Assembly: GCA_038845265.1 (NCBI GenBank)
Contig: JAWBQR010000011.1
Span: forward strand, 1 to 36,621
Reading direction: 5' to 3'
DNA: 36,621 bases
DNA from: Nitrososphaerota archaeon
GTDB taxonomy: Archaea > Thermoproteota > Nitrososphaeria_A > Caldarchaeales > Calditenuaceae
The notes beneath the pieces were generated by a model. It did not search any database. It was not told the origin of the DNA and saw only the letters and a list, made by a program, of their open reading frames with translations. The first letter of the stretch is position 1, and the number at the start of each line of letters is the position of its first letter. The translations under genes and the position numbers were made by a program. Shown in pieces: positions 36,297 through 36,621 of the stretch.

Positions 36297-36621
36297 TCAT
36301 CCCCTACCCGAAGAATTTTCTTGAGTACTCTTAAGAATCACGCCTTCCAAAGAAAGGACAAGTGCATTCTTAACATCAAATACACCCGACCTCAACAATG
36401 GGCTCCCCATCTTACTATGGATTAATTGTTCGACCTCTACGCCTCCTGCAGCCGGGTTAAAATGAGGCATCACTAGAAGCTTCATGTTACCTCTCCTCCC
36501 ATAGCTTTTAACCAACTCGCCATACCCCGGCCTAGTTTCTAGGGCATCGTACAGACGCGACCTCCGGCTCTTCATAAATAAATAGACACGCTGCCTAGTG
36601 GGCAGCTCATCCTCAACCAGC
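36297..36621 (-). CDS. C-terminal part of an ICC-like metallophosphoesterase, 5' end outside window
   Basis: Frame is open to the window edge (LVEDELPTRQRVYLFMKS...); LLVMPHFNP-x2-GG and SPLL...A-x-V-x2-LEG-x2-L resemble archaeal COG1407-type C-termini. Confidence 0.6.
   Translation of the reverse strand, partial: LVEDELPTRQRVYLFMKSRRSRLYDALETRPGYGELVKSYGRRGNMKLLVMPHFNPAAGGVEVEQLIHSKMGSPLLRSGVFDVKNALVLSLEGVILKSTQENSSGRG

Noticed and set aside
1-36621. CRISPR arrays, IS elements, rRNA genes, inteins or introns
   Set aside because: No periodic repeats, transposase motifs, rRNA-like segments or unexplained insertions in conserved proteins were seen on reading

Overview
Gene-dense core-genome window from a thermophilic TACK-type archaeon. 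The lineage, most likely Aigarchaeota/Nitrososphaeria-like, is inferred from the uS12 '[10 protein letters not shown]' variant, TBP, Rpo6, thermosome, Nre, an AOR-family enzyme and a C2H2 protein of a type I associate with thaumarchaea. In order it holds: the edge of a surface-glycan locus (partial GT4, flippase), an F420 PPOX enzyme, thiI, nre, two convergent tRNA-Gly genes bracketing a 3.8-kb block of poorly characterised genes, moeA-moeA/PBP facing a FeS-subunit/AOR pair, class II HMG-CoA reductase, a threonine synthase-like gene, tbp, an isolated rps12, an F420 LLM enzyme, TauE, GT2, DUF59, PadR, ino1, a degenerate DUF763, rpoK, thermosome, an RHH gene missed by the ORF track, an NAD-salvage cluster around amrS, fumC, purP, a SWIM protein and a partial metallophosphoesterase. 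I saw no CRISPR array, integrase or transposase. The most unusual signals are (i) kb-scale alternating G+T/A+C strand-skew domains that ignore gene orientation and largely track the tRNA genes, strong enough to leave Nre with 1 Lys in 424 aa; (ii) two small proteins resembling non-basic derivatives of ribosomal folds eL33 and eL22; and (iii) a possible -1 frameshifted gene coupled to the flippase. All family calls come from motif recognition; no searches were run.
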